Below, one piece after another: positions 10,052 to 22,091 of a DNA stretch of 64,000 nt. The first letter of the stretch is position 1. Every line of letters starts with the position of its first letter. The DNA comes from Histomonas meleagridis 2922-C6/04-290x (Eukaryota; Protista; Parabasalia), in NCBI GenBank assembly GCA_020184695.1, contig JAANOX010000236.1:1-64000 (forward strand), written 5' to 3'. The notes beneath the pieces were generated by a model. That model worked only from the letters and a program-made list of their open reading frames with translations. It did no database searches and was not told the DNA's origin. Position numbers and translations under genes: made by a program.

Positions 10052-11251
10052 TTATTCTTCTTCTTCCAACATAGTTATAACAGTAAGCCCGTTGTACCTC
10101 CTCCCTGATATTCCTTTCTGTGCTTCATTTGCACTTCTACAATCCTCAAATACTACAACAATTGGTGGATGTATTTGTGGTACCAAACAATCCCATTGCA
10201 AATCCGCAAAAGCATTAATCACATTACCGAATACAGAGCATTCTTCTTTCATATCTGCTACAGCCATGTCAAGTTCTGATGGATCAGAAGAACGTGTAAC
10301 ATTAAAGATGCGTAACCTCCTACAATTACAAAAAGGAACGTCTTCGGTAATGCACGAAATGTCAATGTCAAGATTAAGCGCATCAGCGATTGTGTAGCAT
10401 GAGCTGTCCTTAGGCAAAATTGAATACTTGTCAGATGTCGGTTTTCCAAACAAATGAATTTGACTAAGTTTGTCCGAATCCATCGGCTCTCTCAACGGCT
10501 GCCCAAGACGAGGAAAGCAACGAGAGCATGACACACCAATATTACGAAGTTTCATGATGATTAAATCCGTAAGGCTATCATCTTTGAGTTCAATTATTGC
10601 ATGTCCAAGTGGAACACCATCAATTCGTGGAATTTTGATTTGAGCTACGTCAGTAAATTGGGATACAAGTTTCTCAATGTCGCTCTCTGTATCTGTTAAT
10701 GTAAGATTTGTGATGATAAAACTGTTTTGCATATCAGGAGGGAGATCAAATGCTTTGTTGGTCCCATCTTTTGTGGAAAGACGAATGCGTATAATGTGGT
10801 CTTCAATGTCAAGTGAGTCTTTGAGTTCTATGAATCGTTCAGCATCTTTTGCTTTGTCGAAATCAACAAAAGCAAATTGACGATCTGGATTAATAAAAAC
10901 TCGACTAATTGGTTCGGGATTTGATGTGATGCGCTTTTGGAATAATTTCTGATTGAGAACACGTTTAAGTTTTTCATTATCCATATTTGGTGGAATATCA
11001 CGAACATAACAACGAACGCATTTACCTGCTTGAAAAAGATACTGCCTTTCTTGTACTGTAAAGCTACTGTCAGAATCTACAAACCCAGAATCGCATGATT
11101 CAAATCTTTGCGAAATTTCAACAATCGGTTTTGTCTGAGGAACATATAAATTTGGTGGTAATCCAACTATAAATCCAAGGGCCTTATACTCATCTGGGCC
11201 TACGTCCCATCCACCTCTCAAAGGCTTATGAGACTTTATATAGTTGGACAT
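10052..11251 (-). CDS. Multi-RRM splicing factor, U2AF large subunit-like
   Basis: RRM with FINPDRQFAFVDF, a second RRM, and a C-terminal UHM-like domain (DMKEECSVFGNVI...GRRYNGLTVI). Confidence 0.72.
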   Translation of the reverse strand: MSNYIKSHKPLRGGWDVGPDEYKALGFIVGLPPNLYVPQTKPIVEISQRFESCDSGFVDSDSSFTVQERQYLFQAGKCVRCYVRDIPPNMDNEKLKRVLNQKLFQKRITSNPEPISRVFINPDRQFAFVDFDKAKDAERFIELKDSLDIEDHIIRIRLSTKDGTNKAFDLPPDMQNSFIITNLTLTDTESDIEKLVSQFTDVAQIKIPRIDGVPLGHAIIELKDDSLTDLIIMKLRNIGVSCSRCFPRLGQPLREPMDSDKLSQIHLFGKPTSDKYSILPKDSSCYTIADALNLDIDISCITEDVPFCNCRRLRIFNVTRSSDPSELDMAVADMKEECSVFGNVINAFADLQWDCLVPQIHPPIVVVFEDCRSANEAQKGISGRRYNGLTVITMLEEEE

Positions 11252-11640
11252 TGTCCTGACATGCTAAGTGAAATTAAGAATGTTTTTTCTGCACTTGATT
11301 TCGGCTTTATAGTTTTGTTTATTCAAAATATCATATTCTATTGTAAATTTTACTTTCCTAATATCTTTATAATCAAAATATCTTTTTTTAAGCATAATTC
11401 ATCTTATTTTAATACAGTTAAGAAACTGTGTCAAAAATTTAAAACAGGGGATTTTAAAAAAAACATTAAAAAGATTTCATTTTTTATTGAGATAATAAAA
11501 AAAAATAATGGACGTTTGCTTTATAATTTTTCAAACAGATATTAATATGTAATCTTTTTAAATTTATAAATATAATTTGAAAGTTTCTGAATAATATGGA
11601 ACTGGAACTTTGTTACTTTCAAAAAAAATCAATAAGTGAT

Positions 11641-12048
11641 TTACTTCTTATTTTCGTTTGCTTCTTCTTCTTCCTCTTCTTCATCATCTAAGACAAAAGT
11701 ACCTTCTGGAGCAACCAATCCTTGAACTGTAACAACACCTGGGCCCTCTACAATGAACTTTGACTTCATTTCATCGGAAGTAAGAAAGAGAATATCAACT
11801 TCAAGCTTGGATGGATCATCAAATTTTGCGAGTTCCATTTGTTCTAAATCTGGGGTTGCACCTTTTTCTTGATCATCTTCTGATGGATAAACGAGAAATT
11901 CTGCTTTCAAAGTTGTAGGGTTCTTTGGATCAACTTTATCAATTTTTGCGATTGCAAAAGAAGCTTCAAGGCCTTCATTACCAAACTTGATTTCAGCAGG
12001 TTCGCCTTCCTTCACAGTGTATGTGATTTCTTGTGCATCTTCTTCCAT
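11641..12048 (-). CDS. Acidic small protein, nucleoplasmin-like fold candidate
   Basis: ATG at 12048 preceded by the Inr-like TCATT. Beta-rich body ending FIVEGPGVVTVQGL followed by a poly-Glu tail. Confidence 0.5.
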   Translation of the reverse strand: MEEDAQEITYTVKEGEPAEIKFGNEGLEASFAIAKIDKVDPKNPTTLKAEFLVYPSEDDQEKGATPDLEQMELAKFDDPSKLEVDILFLTSDEMKSKFIVEGPGVVTVQGLVAPEGTFVLDDEEEEEEEANENKK

Positions 12049-12587
12049 TTCAGGAAATGAATGACCAACACACAATTTTAACGTCCGATTTTAACAATTT
12101 TGAGGTGCCATCTGAAACTTTCTGACAAGGACTTTTTTACGACCAAGATTTTTGAGACAAAAACGCCCGCGAAACCGTTAATTCAAAAGAGTAAATCAAA
12201 TTCCGCCTATTATATATGATTGAAGAGATAATACCTTGTTGTTATGTGCGTGGCGAAATTGTTTTTAAAAATGTTATGTTTTAACATTTAATTTCATTCA
12301 TTGGGGCAATATGTCGATATATTATTATCCTTATTTTTTTGGGTAACAGCACAAAAAATTGATTAAAATTCAATTTTCTAAACCTTCAAAACATTTTTTT
12401 AAATTGATATTATACCAAAACATCAGTTACTTGTGAAATGCTTTTCAAGAAATAGTAAATGACAAAAAGGAGAACGAATTATTCATCCTTTCTACTATTG
12501 TGGTGAATAAATTTGGAAATAGATTATCATTAAATTATTTAAGTTATAAATATTTATTGAGATATTTAAATAATATATAAATTGCTT

Positions 12588-13334
12588 TTAAAGTTGTGCA
12601 AGTGGATCAAAAGGACGGCTCTTTGACAAAAATATTCTGCCTTGCTGAGCGCTAAATATTGCAGCTCCGATCCCGATTCCAAGTATAACACCTGCAGCAA
12701 CATCTGAAACGTGGTGCATGTGATCTGTGATGCGAGTTGCTGATATTGCAATTGCAATAGCGATTGGAATAAACTTAATCAAAACCCACCAAAGCTCAGG
12801 CCCACTTGGAAGAAATTTGACAAGGAAAAGATAGAACCAAGTTGCAGATGCAAATGAGTTAGATGCATGGCCACTTGGAAATGAGACTTTAGCATCTTTT
12901 TGATGTGACTTGGAGCCATGACAAGCTTTAGAGTTGGTGTCAAAGTCACAATAACTAAAGTAATTTGGTCGAGGACGAGCAACTGTGACTTTTAAGATTT
13001 CTGTTATAAGAAGAGTAAGCACAAGTGTCTGCGCGAGTGAAAGATATGCAAGACCAAGTTCGATTTTGCGTGGACAAATAAGAGCAAGAATTCCAAGAAC
13101 AATGCATGGAAAAATAATTATGATGCAAAATAAAACAGCGTTCTTTATTGTTTCACCTGTGTATGGATAACGCTCATTGTAATTTTCAAAAACAGCATTG
13201 TTGTGTACTGGTTCAACGAAATTTGCAATTATTCCAGCAATTATAACAAGAACTACTGTAAGAACCCATTCTAAAATATTTGAAAAAAAGCTTTTAAAAA
13301 AAGCTATAATTTCGTTTATAATGGGTTGGAACAT
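12588..13334 (-). CDS. PAP2-family lipid phosphate phosphatase
   Basis: K-x6-RP (KVTVARPRP), SFPSGH and TRITDHMHHVSDV motifs with six hydrophobic segments. Confidence 0.93.
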   Translation of the reverse strand: MFQPIINEIIAFFKSFFSNILEWVLTVVLVIIAGIIANFVEPVHNNAVFENYNERYPYTGETIKNAVLFCIIIIFPCIVLGILALICPRKIELGLAYLSLAQTLVLTLLITEILKVTVARPRPNYFSYCDFDTNSKACHGSKSHQKDAKVSFPSGHASNSFASATWFYLFLVKFLPSGPELWWVLIKFIPIAIAIAISATRITDHMHHVSDVAAGVILGIGIGAAIFSAQQGRIFLSKSRPFDPLAQL

Positions 13335-13764
13335 CTTTTATTAGATTGGGACTTTGGAAAAGTGCTACTACCAAACAAAGATAAACTATTGAAAATTTAA
13401 ATAAATAAAAAACAGAGAAAAGACAAAAACATCTAACGAGTTTTATTTCACAAACAAAAGATTTAAAACATCAAGCGCACCTGGAATCTCACCAACAAAA
13501 TTATGTCGCTTATAAATTAGAAAAAAAAAATCAGTTAATAATTAAAGCTGCATAAAGAAATTTCTCATTAAAATAAACTTCTGCACTAGGGGAAACGCAT
13601 CAAGTTTACAGTGTTATATTTCAAATTAATTTTTGTAAAAATTAATTTTAATATTTATGATGAGTAAATAAATAGACAACACATAAACAAAAAAGATAGA
13701 AATTATTTGCATGACTTTATTTGTTTTGTTTTTCTGTTGATGAGCACCTCATCATTTGGATAAA

Positions 13765-14253
13765 TTAACTTTCTTCCTGTTCAGGAACGTACTTCCTTTT
13801 TGGCTTCTTCTTTGTCACTACCTTAGTTGCTTTGGGGAGTGCATCAGGATCAAACTTCATTTCTTCTTCCACAATTTGGACATCATCGCTTCCTTTAACG
13901 CATCCGGCATATTTAGGGTCAACCTTCATCACTTTCTTCACCTGCTTCTTTCCTTCTTCTTTATCATCGTCTTCGAAATATTGTGAAGGATTAACATATT
14001 CTTTTTGTTCGCCATTGTGTTCTTCCTCTTCTTCTCCTAATTCTTCTTCCTCGATCACTTCTTCGTTAGCAGCAAGAGAGTCTTTGATTGGATCTCCCCA
14101 GTTGCTTGGACCTCTTCCTTGTCTTTTGATACGATCTGTTCGACCTGTTCCTGAAACATGTCTATCTTTTTCACGATGAACCTTCTGACGCTCAGGTACT
14201 TCTGGACCCTCTTTTGGATAGTCTTTAAGGATTTCAAACCCTGGTTTCGACAT
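13765..14253 (-). CDS. HABP4/SERBP1 (Stm1)-like RNA/ribosome-binding protein
   Basis: DRHVSGTGR...KRQGRGPSNWG motif; Inr TCACT just upstream of the ATG. Confidence 0.75.
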   Translation of the reverse strand: MSKPGFEILKDYPKEGPEVPERQKVHREKDRHVSGTGRTDRIKRQGRGPSNWGDPIKDSLAANEEVIEEEELGEEEEEHNGEQKEYVNPSQYFEDDDKEEGKKQVKKVMKVDPKYAGCVKGSDDVQIVEEEMKFDPDALPKATKVVTKKKPKRKYVPEQEES

Positions 14254-14734
14254 ATATTAAGTGAAGTGACTTAACTGTAATTTTCTTCTCAAACCTAAAA
14301 TTTTAAGTAAAATGAAAATATTCTCATGAATAATAATATTCCAAGCAATATTGTTATAAGCTAAATATTTACAAAGAGTTGTAGAATATTATATAATTTT
14401 AAAAGAAGATTTTCCCATTGAGAAGAATAATTTTGCTTCAATATGATTCATTTTTGAATTTTGACTAAAAGTGACAAGATTTTAGCGATATCAAAATTGA
14501 GAACCCAAATGATCATTCTTTCCTGTTGTATTTGCCAATGATTTAATCTTTTGTCGTAATTACAAACACATATTTTATTGTTTGTAAAACCTTATCTTCA
14601 TGGATTTGAATATGAATCACTGTCACTTCATTCCATTTCTCGCGGGGTGCACCTTAATAAACGATTGTGACTTCAGCGGTTAAAATTCAGAAACCCAACA
14701 AAAATGTTTAAAAAAATAAATAAAAACACTTTAT

Positions 14735-16798
14735 TTAATTCCCGAACATATTTTGTTTTAAATTATTTATTTCTCTATCTATTTCATCCATTTTTGGAAG
14801 AAGGGGCATAGAATATGAAACTGATTCCGAAAGACTTGATCTATTCAATACAGATCCAATGTGTTCATCTCTAATAATGTTTAATATTCTATAAATCTCA
14901 TTGTTTAAATCCGAAAGGTTCACATCTAAAGTTAATGCATCTGCAATCATTATTATAAATCTTTTTAATGTTATTTCATTTTCTTTTTCTATTTCATTTT
15001 CTAGCAATGAAATTGATTTATCATCAATTTTATCTATAGAAGAAATTGAATAATTTTCTTTTGGTAATTGTTCATTTTCTTTTAATAATGAAGATTGAAG
15101 AAAAGAATTTCTTTCTTGAAGAAATGAATTTTGTTCTTTTAAAAATTGAGTTTGTGAGTGATTACATTCTTCTTTTAATTTGTTAATTTTTATTTTATAT
15201 TTTGAAATTTTCGATTTTAATTGTTTTATATAATTTGATAGTTCGATATATTGTTGATTAACTTGTTTAATGTTTTCATTTGATTCATTTAATTGCATTT
15301 GTAGTGATTTATTTCTCATATTTAATGTATTAATTTGTTCTTCATATTTAGTTGAAGTTGATAATTTATTAATTTGATTTTGTAACATTAAAATTGTCTG
15401 ATTTTTATTAGAAATTTCATCTTTTTGTGTATTGATAATTGATTTAAAATTTTCAATTTCATTTAAACTTTGATCATTTTCGGATTTTATTGTTTCAAGT
15501 TGTTGAAGAAGAGATTTATTATTAAAAGATAATTCTAAATTCGAATTTTGTATGTTTGTGATCTTTTGATTTGATTCTTTTATGTTTTGTTTAATTTTAT
15601 TTATTTCATTTTTTAATGTTTCGTTTTCATTCTTTAATATTTCTGAATGTGATAAATATTGTTGATTTATTAGTTTTAATTGCTCATTTTTAGAATTAAC
15701 TTCATTTAATTGATCTTTTAATATGTTAATTGATGAATTATTTTCGTTTTGCTTTGTCTTTTGTAATTTGGAATTTAATGTATTAATTTCTTCTTTCATT
15801 TGTAAAATTATTTTTGAGTTCTCTTCAAAATTGTTTCTAATTGTTTCGTTTTCTTTTTGTATAGTTTCTTGTTGCTGTAATTGTTCTTTTAAGTTTTTAA
15901 TTGTTTGCTTATCTTCGTTTTTCTGTTTTATTAATTTTTGAATTGTTAATTCTTTTGTGTTTAATGATTCTGTAAGTGTTAATGAATCCGAAATTATTTG
16001 TTCTTTTACTTGTTTACATTCATCTCGAATTCGATTAATTTTATATTGATGATCAGTTATATCCTTTTGGTTTTGTAGTTTAATGTTGTTAATTTTATTT
16101 TTAAGTTCTTCGTTCTCTATCAAAATTTCTGTTTTATCGTTTTGCAATGCATTAATTTCTTCAAGTAATTTTTTGTTTTGATTTTTAATGGATTTATATT
16201 GCAAAGATGATTTTGTTGTTAAATCATCATGATTTAATTTTTCTATGAGAATATCATTTAAAAGAGAAGAAGTTTCAAATGCTAAACAAATTTCAAAAAA
16301 ATAATTTTTGACTTCTTCAAGTTGGGATGTGTTTGAGACAATAGATTTAATTTTTTTGATGTTTTGAACTTGAATTGCTAGGTTATTTATGTCAATTTTT
16401 TCAAGTTTAATATCATTATTCCCTAATAATGTTTTAATATTTTCTGCTTCTGTTAAGAAAAATGACTGTGGTATTGGATTTGTAGGATATTTTTCATAGT
16501 TTTTCGTTAAAAATTTTATTAAATTTGAATCATTTGAAGATAATCCTTGTAACACAGAAAAAAAATGTTGAAGATATTCTTGAAGTCTTTTATTTTGTTC
16601 TACAGTATTAGAATAATTATTTGTTGAAGAATTTTGATTAATTATGTTATTAATCAATTTAAGTAACATTGCAATTTTCAAATTTTGGTTTGTTTCAGAA
16701 ATCATATCAGTAAACAATTTCACCTGTTCTGGGTTCCCCAAATCAATTTTCTTATCTAATGACTTAATTAAGATATCTGCATTTTCTTGCAGACTCAT
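14735..16798 (-). CDS. Coiled-coil protein of unknown function
   Basis: 687-aa ORF with long E/K/Q/N heptad-rich regions. Confidence 0.8.
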   Translation of the reverse strand: MSLQENADILIKSLDKKIDLGNPEQVKLFTDMISETNQNLKIAMLLKLINNIINQNSSTNNYSNTVEQNKRLQEYLQHFFSVLQGLSSNDSNLIKFLTKNYEKYPTNPIPQSFFLTEAENIKTLLGNNDIKLEKIDINNLAIQVQNIKKIKSIVSNTSQLEEVKNYFFEICLAFETSSLLNDILIEKLNHDDLTTKSSLQYKSIKNQNKKLLEEINALQNDKTEILIENEELKNKINNIKLQNQKDITDHQYKINRIRDECKQVKEQIISDSLTLTESLNTKELTIQKLIKQKNEDKQTIKNLKEQLQQQETIQKENETIRNNFEENSKIILQMKEEINTLNSKLQKTKQNENNSSINILKDQLNEVNSKNEQLKLINQQYLSHSEILKNENETLKNEINKIKQNIKESNQKITNIQNSNLELSFNNKSLLQQLETIKSENDQSLNEIENFKSIINTQKDEISNKNQTILMLQNQINKLSTSTKYEEQINTLNMRNKSLQMQLNESNENIKQVNQQYIELSNYIKQLKSKISKYKIKINKLKEECNHSQTQFLKEQNSFLQERNSFLQSSLLKENEQLPKENYSISSIDKIDDKSISLLENEIEKENEITLKRFIIMIADALTLDVNLSDLNNEIYRILNIIRDEHIGSVLNRSSLSESVSYSMPLLPKMDEIDREINNLKQNMFGN

Positions 16799-16913
16799 TA
16801 GTTCCCGCCAATTTCTAACGGTGCCATTGTCTTCATTTTTTGCGCATTTAGAAAAAGTTTTATCTTCAGAATTCTAAAATTTTTTTTCTGAAAAAACTGT
16901 TCTGGCAGTTGAA

Positions 16914-17678
16914 ATGATGGCTGACGGAATGAGACCTCTACCGCGTTTCAAGCCATCAAAACACAAGTTAAATCGTGGATCAGGGTCATTTACCAAAGCA
17001 CGAGTTCAACGTTCTCGGCCTTGTTCAACTAATATTGAGCCTTCAACAAATGTTTTCATTAATTATATACCATCAGAGTTTACTGAAAAAGATCTACAAG
17101 ATTTATGCTCACAGTATGGAAAAATTGTCCGAAGCAAGGTCATGATAAATCTTGAAACAGGACAATCAAAATGTTTTGGATTTGTAAGATTTGAAACGTT
17201 ACAACAAGCGCAAGCTGCAATACGAGGTCTTGATGGACTTCAAATTGGACAGAAACAACTTCTTGCAAAATATGCCCAATCAAAAGAGAAACAAGAACAA
17301 GTTTCAACGACCGTTTATATTAAACGTCTTCCGTTAACGGTCGACGTTCCTTTTGTACAACAAATTTTCTCAAAATTTGGACAAATCATCCAAATAACTC
17401 CTCACATGTTTGACTTAATTGATCCTCAGTCATGGAGGTGTGTTATCAGATACACAAATTGTCAATCTGCAACTGATGCAATTAATTCCATGAACAACCA
17501 GATCATTTTTGCTAACTCAAAACCAATCCATGTGAGATATGCAGATGAAACTCGAATGAGTTATTCATCATTTATGCCTTATAACCAATCTTATTTTTCT
17601 CAAGATGATCAATTTGGAATTGATTTACAAGCTGATCATTATGAGATGCAATTACTTCCAAGATTTCTCCTTGAATAA
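16914..17678 (+). CDS. Two-RRM RNA-binding protein (ELAV/RBMS-like)
   Basis: RNP2 VFINYIP, RNP1 KCFGFVRF; second RRM VYIKRLP...PIHVRYA. Confidence 0.88.
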   Translation: MMADGMRPLPRFKPSKHKLNRGSGSFTKARVQRSRPCSTNIEPSTNVFINYIPSEFTEKDLQDLCSQYGKIVRSKVMINLETGQSKCFGFVRFETLQQAQAAIRGLDGLQIGQKQLLAKYAQSKEKQEQVSTTVYIKRLPLTVDVPFVQQIFSKFGQIIQITPHMFDLIDPQSWRCVIRYTNCQSATDAINSMNNQIIFANSKPIHVRYADETRMSYSSFMPYNQSYFSQDDQFGIDLQADHYEMQLLPRFLLE

Positions 17679-18290
17679 TTTCCATGATAAACCACAAAAT
17701 TATTATTTTTATTTATTTATTTTTTTTTTTTAATTGTTAAATAAGTAGGTGCTTGGGAAAACAAAGATATAAATTTATCAGATTTAACATAAATATGAGT
17801 TCAACAGATTAATTTGGAGCTTTACAATTGTAAATTTCTTTTTATGAATTTTTATTGTTAACTTCTTTCCATAATATTAAATTAAACACAATAAATTGTG
17901 TGTTCATTAGCTGAAATATTTTAAAATATTATAAAGAAAAAATAATAAAAATTTAATCTTCCTTTAAATATATTCTGATTTCATAATAATAACGAAATGC
18001 AATATATATATAAACATTGGTATTAATTCAATATTCTTCAAGCATCATATGATGATTTAGAAAGCTTCTATGACTTTTTGCACTATTTCGAAGAAGTATA
18101 TGGTTTGGCCAAACCATTTAAAGATAATTAAAACAGAAGTAATAAACAAAATTTACAATGTACATCATTTTATCTCTCTCTCATTTTATCTTTCTTAAAA
18201 TAATTAAATTTAACAACATTAAAAATTCATTTTATCATCCAAACAAATTTACATTTTATTTCAATAAATACAAATATTGATTCATTTTCA

Positions 18291-21200
18291 TTAAGTATCC
18301 GCCGAATTTCTTTCACTACTTATTTCAGGTTTTTTCCATATTGGTGGCAAAGACGATGACAATTGTCTTCTATTTCTCCTTACCAACTTTGCTTGCTCCT
18401 GCAAAGCCTTTATATCTATTCCCATATTATCCGCCAACTTTTTAATTCTTCCGAAGTTTCTTTTCTTCAAATCAGCGACCGAAATTATACCGCTTTGTAA
18501 ATCTTGTTTTTGCTTTTCGATCGAATTTCTCATCATTTGTGATTCGAGTGCCATTTTTCTTTTCATTTGTTGTTTTTGTTCTATCATTTTCAATCGAATT
18601 TCATATTGTCTTTGTGCCTCTAAAACTTCGGATTCTTTTTTCTTTCGTAATATTTCCGAACGTTTTAACTTTTCTTCTGTTTTCATTTGTTGTCTAATTG
18701 CATTATATCTTCGAATACTGTTATTTTCTTCTGTTTTCTCTTGATAATATTTTTTTGCACGTTGTTCATTATTAATAAATTTTTCTTGTTTCTTCATTTC
18801 GTTTTCTTTTTCTTTTCTTTCGCGATTTTCTTTATGTATTTGTTGTTTAATTTCATTTTCTTTTCGTTGCTTTTCTATCTCTTGTGTTCTTAATTGTTTC
18901 ATTTTCATAAATGCATCTTCTTGTTTTTTTGCTTTTTCATTTGTTTTGTTACGTTTTTCTTCAAGAATATTTTGATTGTTTTGTAATATCGTTTGAATTC
19001 GTTCTTGTTTTTCACGTTCGTTTTGTTTTATCTTTTCTTCGCGTTCCTTTTTTTCGCGTTGTTTCTTCGCAGTATATTCACGTTCTTTAATTTCTTGTTG
19101 TTGTTGCATTTCATCATTTTGTTTACGTCGTTTTTCTTCAAGTTCGCGTGTAATTCTTTGAGCTTCTTGATTCTTTCTAAGTCGTTCTTTTTCGATTTCC
19201 ATACAATGTTGTTTTCTTTTTGCTTCGATTTCCGCTTTCTTTTGTATGAATTTTTGTTCTTTTTCATCAGCTTCTTTACGTTTTCGTTCAAATTCTTTGT
19301 GGTTTCGTAATTCTTTTTCTTCGATTTGTTTTATACGCTTTAATTGTAATTGGTGTTGTTCACGTTGTCTTTCTTTAAGTTCTTCATCATGTTGTCGCTT
19401 TAATTGTTTATAACGCTCTTGTTCATCATTACTTTCTTCAATTAATTCTTTCTCAATTAAAAGTGAAAGTATTAACTTTTCCGTTTCGTGTTTATTCTTT
19501 TCACGTAATTTATCCATTCGTGATTTCTCTAATTCGGAAAATTTATGTTCATTTTCATTTGTCTTTCTTTCATATGTTGTCATAAGACGTGGAGTAGGCG
19601 GTATACGCATAAGTCGATCACGTTCATTACGTACAAATTCGGCAGTGCGTCCAACTCTATCAATAAGATTTTGTCGGATTTTAGAATGCATTGTTTTGTC
19701 AGTGGTATAACGATTAAGATCTGCTTCAGTCGGATAGAAAAGATCGTTCGGTGAAATGCCTAAATTCTTAAGCGCTTGCTTTGTAAGAGGATCCGTGAAT
19801 GGCTTCGGCTGTTTGGGATCATAATTATCTATGGAAATGCCTTTGGAGGTGCGATATATTACGTCTTCACTGGATGAAGAAAGTGCACTTTGCTTAATGT
19901 CGTATGATTTGGATGTATCTTTTTCTTCTTTGGAAGAATATTTTTCATTGTTTTCGTCTTTTGGTGAATTGATTTCCTTTAACTCGATTTGTAATATATT
20001 ATTGTTGCTTACTACGTTTGTGGATTTGTATTCGTCTTCAGATTGATCGGTTTCATTATTTGTGGAATTGGTTGTGTTGGATTCGCTTTCTGTTTCATCT
20101 TTTGCAGAATTAATTTTTCTTAACTCAATTTGTTTTTCATTTTTGTTTTCTTTGTTTTCATCTCTGGGGGAATTAGTTATATTTGATATACTTTTTGTTT
20201 CTTCTTTATTTTCTTCCTTTGTAGTATTAATTTTTCTTAACACAATTTGTAATTCATTTTTATTTTCATCTCTGGAGGAATTAGTTCTATTTGATATACT
20301 TTCTGTTTCATCTTTATTTTCTTCTTTTGCAGAATTAATTTTTCTTAATTCAATTTGTATTTCATCTTTATTTTCATCTCTGGAGGAATTAGTTCTATTT
20401 GATATACTTTTTGTTTCTTCTTTATTTTCTTCCTTTGTAGTATTAATTTTTCTTAACTCAATTTGTATTTCATCTTTATTTTCATCTCTGGAGGAATTAG
20501 TTCTATTTGATATATTTTCCGTTTCATCTTTATTTTCTTCTTTTGCAGAATTAATTTTTCTTAATTCAATTTGTAATTCATTTTTATTTTCTTTGTTTTC
20601 ATTTCTGGAGGAATTAGTTCTTGGTATACTTTTTGTTTCTTCTTTATTTTCGTCAATTTCTTTTGCCGTATTATCTTTAAGTTCAATTTGTAATTCTTTT
20701 ATGTTTTCATCTTTTGAAGAATTCACTTCATTTAATTCTATTTGCAATTTATCACTTTCACCTTTTGTGGAATCAGTTCTGTCGGATTCGCTTTCTGTTT
20801 CATCTTTCTTTTGATCAAATTCATTTGCCGTATTATCTTTTAGTTCAATTTTTAATTCTTTTATATTTTCTTTGTTTTCATTTTTTGCGGAATTAGTTCT
20901 GTTGGATTCACTTTCTGTTTCATCTTTATTTTCATTTTTTGTTGAATTAATTTCTTTTAGTTCAATTTGTAATTCTTTTGTGCTTTCATATTTCGTAGTA
21001 TTAATTTCTCTTGATTTAATGTGTGATTCATCATTTCCCAATTTTTCTACATTTAAAATTTTACTTTTATCTGCTGGAGGTATTTCATCGTGCTCTTTCT
21101 TATTTTGATCATTTTCTTTTGCATTTTCCTTTAATTCGATTTGTATTAAGTTTTTATTTGCATTTACATCTTTTAAGGATTTAACCTCTTTTGGTTCATT

Positions 21201-22091
21201 TTTATTTTTATCATTTCCTTCATCTATTGGATGAATTTCTTTGGAGATAATTTTATTGTTTTCATCTTTTGCTGAATTATTTTCTTTTAATTCGATTTGT
21301 AATTTATTATTTTCACATTTTGAGGAATTTATTTCTTTCTGATTAATTTGGGTTTCATTGCTGTTTTCATCTTTTGCTAAATTAATTTCCTTTAATTCTA
21401 ATTTTAATTCATTTTTATTTTCATCTTTTGCAGAATTTACTCCTTTTAATTCGATTTGTATTTTATTGTTTTCACCTTTTGATGAATTATTTTCTTTCTG
21501 TTTATTTTGAGATTCATTTTTTGCAGAATTAATTTCTTTAAGTTGAGATTTGTCTTGTGAAATATTTTTATTTTCATCTTTTGTCGGGTTTACTGCTTTT
21601 AATTTAGCTTGTAATTTATTGCTTTCATCTTTTGATGAATTGGTTCCTTTTAATTCTTTGTGTGTTTCATTGTTTTCCTCTTTTTCTACTTTAAAATTTG
21701 TATTTTTATTGGATTCATCTTTTATTTGTTTGATTTCTTGTTGTTTGTTTAACAATAAATTTTTATTTTCTTCTTCTGGAGAATTAATTTCTTTGTGTTC
21801 TTTTTGCGTTTCTTTGTTAGTTTCAGTTTTTTTATCAATTACCAAAACATATACTTTTAAGTTTCTAGTGCCTTTCCTTTGTGGAGACTCTTTATTTTTG
21901 TTGGATTTTTCCCTGGTTCCCTTTTTGCTTTCCTCTGTTGACTCTTTGTTTCCTGGGGAAAATTGATTTGATTGATTAATGTTAACAGATTCATGAAACA
22001 TTGGTTCAATTTTTTCCTTATTTATTTCTGGATGCTGTTTTTTGTCATTGATTCCTGATATTTGCGTAGTTATTAGAGGATTTTTAGACAT
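18291..22091 (-). CDS. Large low-complexity and coiled-coil protein with internal repeats
   Basis: 1266 aa. The N half has repeated ELQIELKEINSAKDENK units. The C half has a globular PFTDPLTKQALKNLGISPNDLFYP segment followed by coiled coil. Confidence 0.8.
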   Translation of the reverse strand: MSKNPLITTQISGINDKKQHPEINKEKIEPMFHESVNINQSNQFSPGNKESTEESKKGTREKSNKNKESPQRKGTRNLKVYVLVIDKKTETNKETQKEHKEINSPEEENKNLLLNKQQEIKQIKDESNKNTNFKVEKEENNETHKELKGTNSSKDESNKLQAKLKAVNPTKDENKNISQDKSQLKEINSAKNESQNKQKENNSSKGENNKIQIELKGVNSAKDENKNELKLELKEINLAKDENSNETQINQKEINSSKCENNKLQIELKENNSAKDENNKIISKEIHPIDEGNDKNKNEPKEVKSLKDVNANKNLIQIELKENAKENDQNKKEHDEIPPADKSKILNVEKLGNDESHIKSREINTTKYESTKELQIELKEINSTKNENKDETESESNRTNSAKNENKENIKELKIELKDNTANEFDQKKDETESESDRTDSTKGESDKLQIELNEVNSSKDENIKELQIELKDNTAKEIDENKEETKSIPRTNSSRNENKENKNELQIELRKINSAKEENKDETENISNRTNSSRDENKDEIQIELRKINTTKEENKEETKSISNRTNSSRDENKDEIQIELRKINSAKEENKDETESISNRTNSSRDENKNELQIVLRKINTTKEENKEETKSISNITNSPRDENKENKNEKQIELRKINSAKDETESESNTTNSTNNETDQSEDEYKSTNVVSNNNILQIELKEINSPKDENNEKYSSKEEKDTSKSYDIKQSALSSSSEDVIYRTSKGISIDNYDPKQPKPFTDPLTKQALKNLGISPNDLFYPTEADLNRYTTDKTMHSKIRQNLIDRVGRTAEFVRNERDRLMRIPPTPRLMTTYERKTNENEHKFSELEKSRMDKLREKNKHETEKLILSLLIEKELIEESNDEQERYKQLKRQHDEELKERQREQHQLQLKRIKQIEEKELRNHKEFERKRKEADEKEQKFIQKKAEIEAKRKQHCMEIEKERLRKNQEAQRITRELEEKRRKQNDEMQQQQEIKEREYTAKKQREKKEREEKIKQNEREKQERIQTILQNNQNILEEKRNKTNEKAKKQEDAFMKMKQLRTQEIEKQRKENEIKQQIHKENRERKEKENEMKKQEKFINNEQRAKKYYQEKTEENNSIRRYNAIRQQMKTEEKLKRSEILRKKKESEVLEAQRQYEIRLKMIEQKQQMKRKMALESQMMRNSIEKQKQDLQSGIISVADLKKRNFGRIKKLADNMGIDIKALQEQAKLVRRNRRQLSSSLPPIWKKPEISSERNSADT

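Noticed and set aside
18101-18116. Perfect 16-bp palindrome TGGTTTGGCCAAACCA
   Set aside because: Single occurrence with no associated element or repeat; compatible with chance.
18687-21966. Plus-strand hydrophobic ORFs (for example 20062-20814) and similar antisense ORFs at 59485-60306, 13832-14179 and 22620-23270
   Set aside because: Antisense shadows of E/K/N- or S/T-rich genes on the opposite strand.
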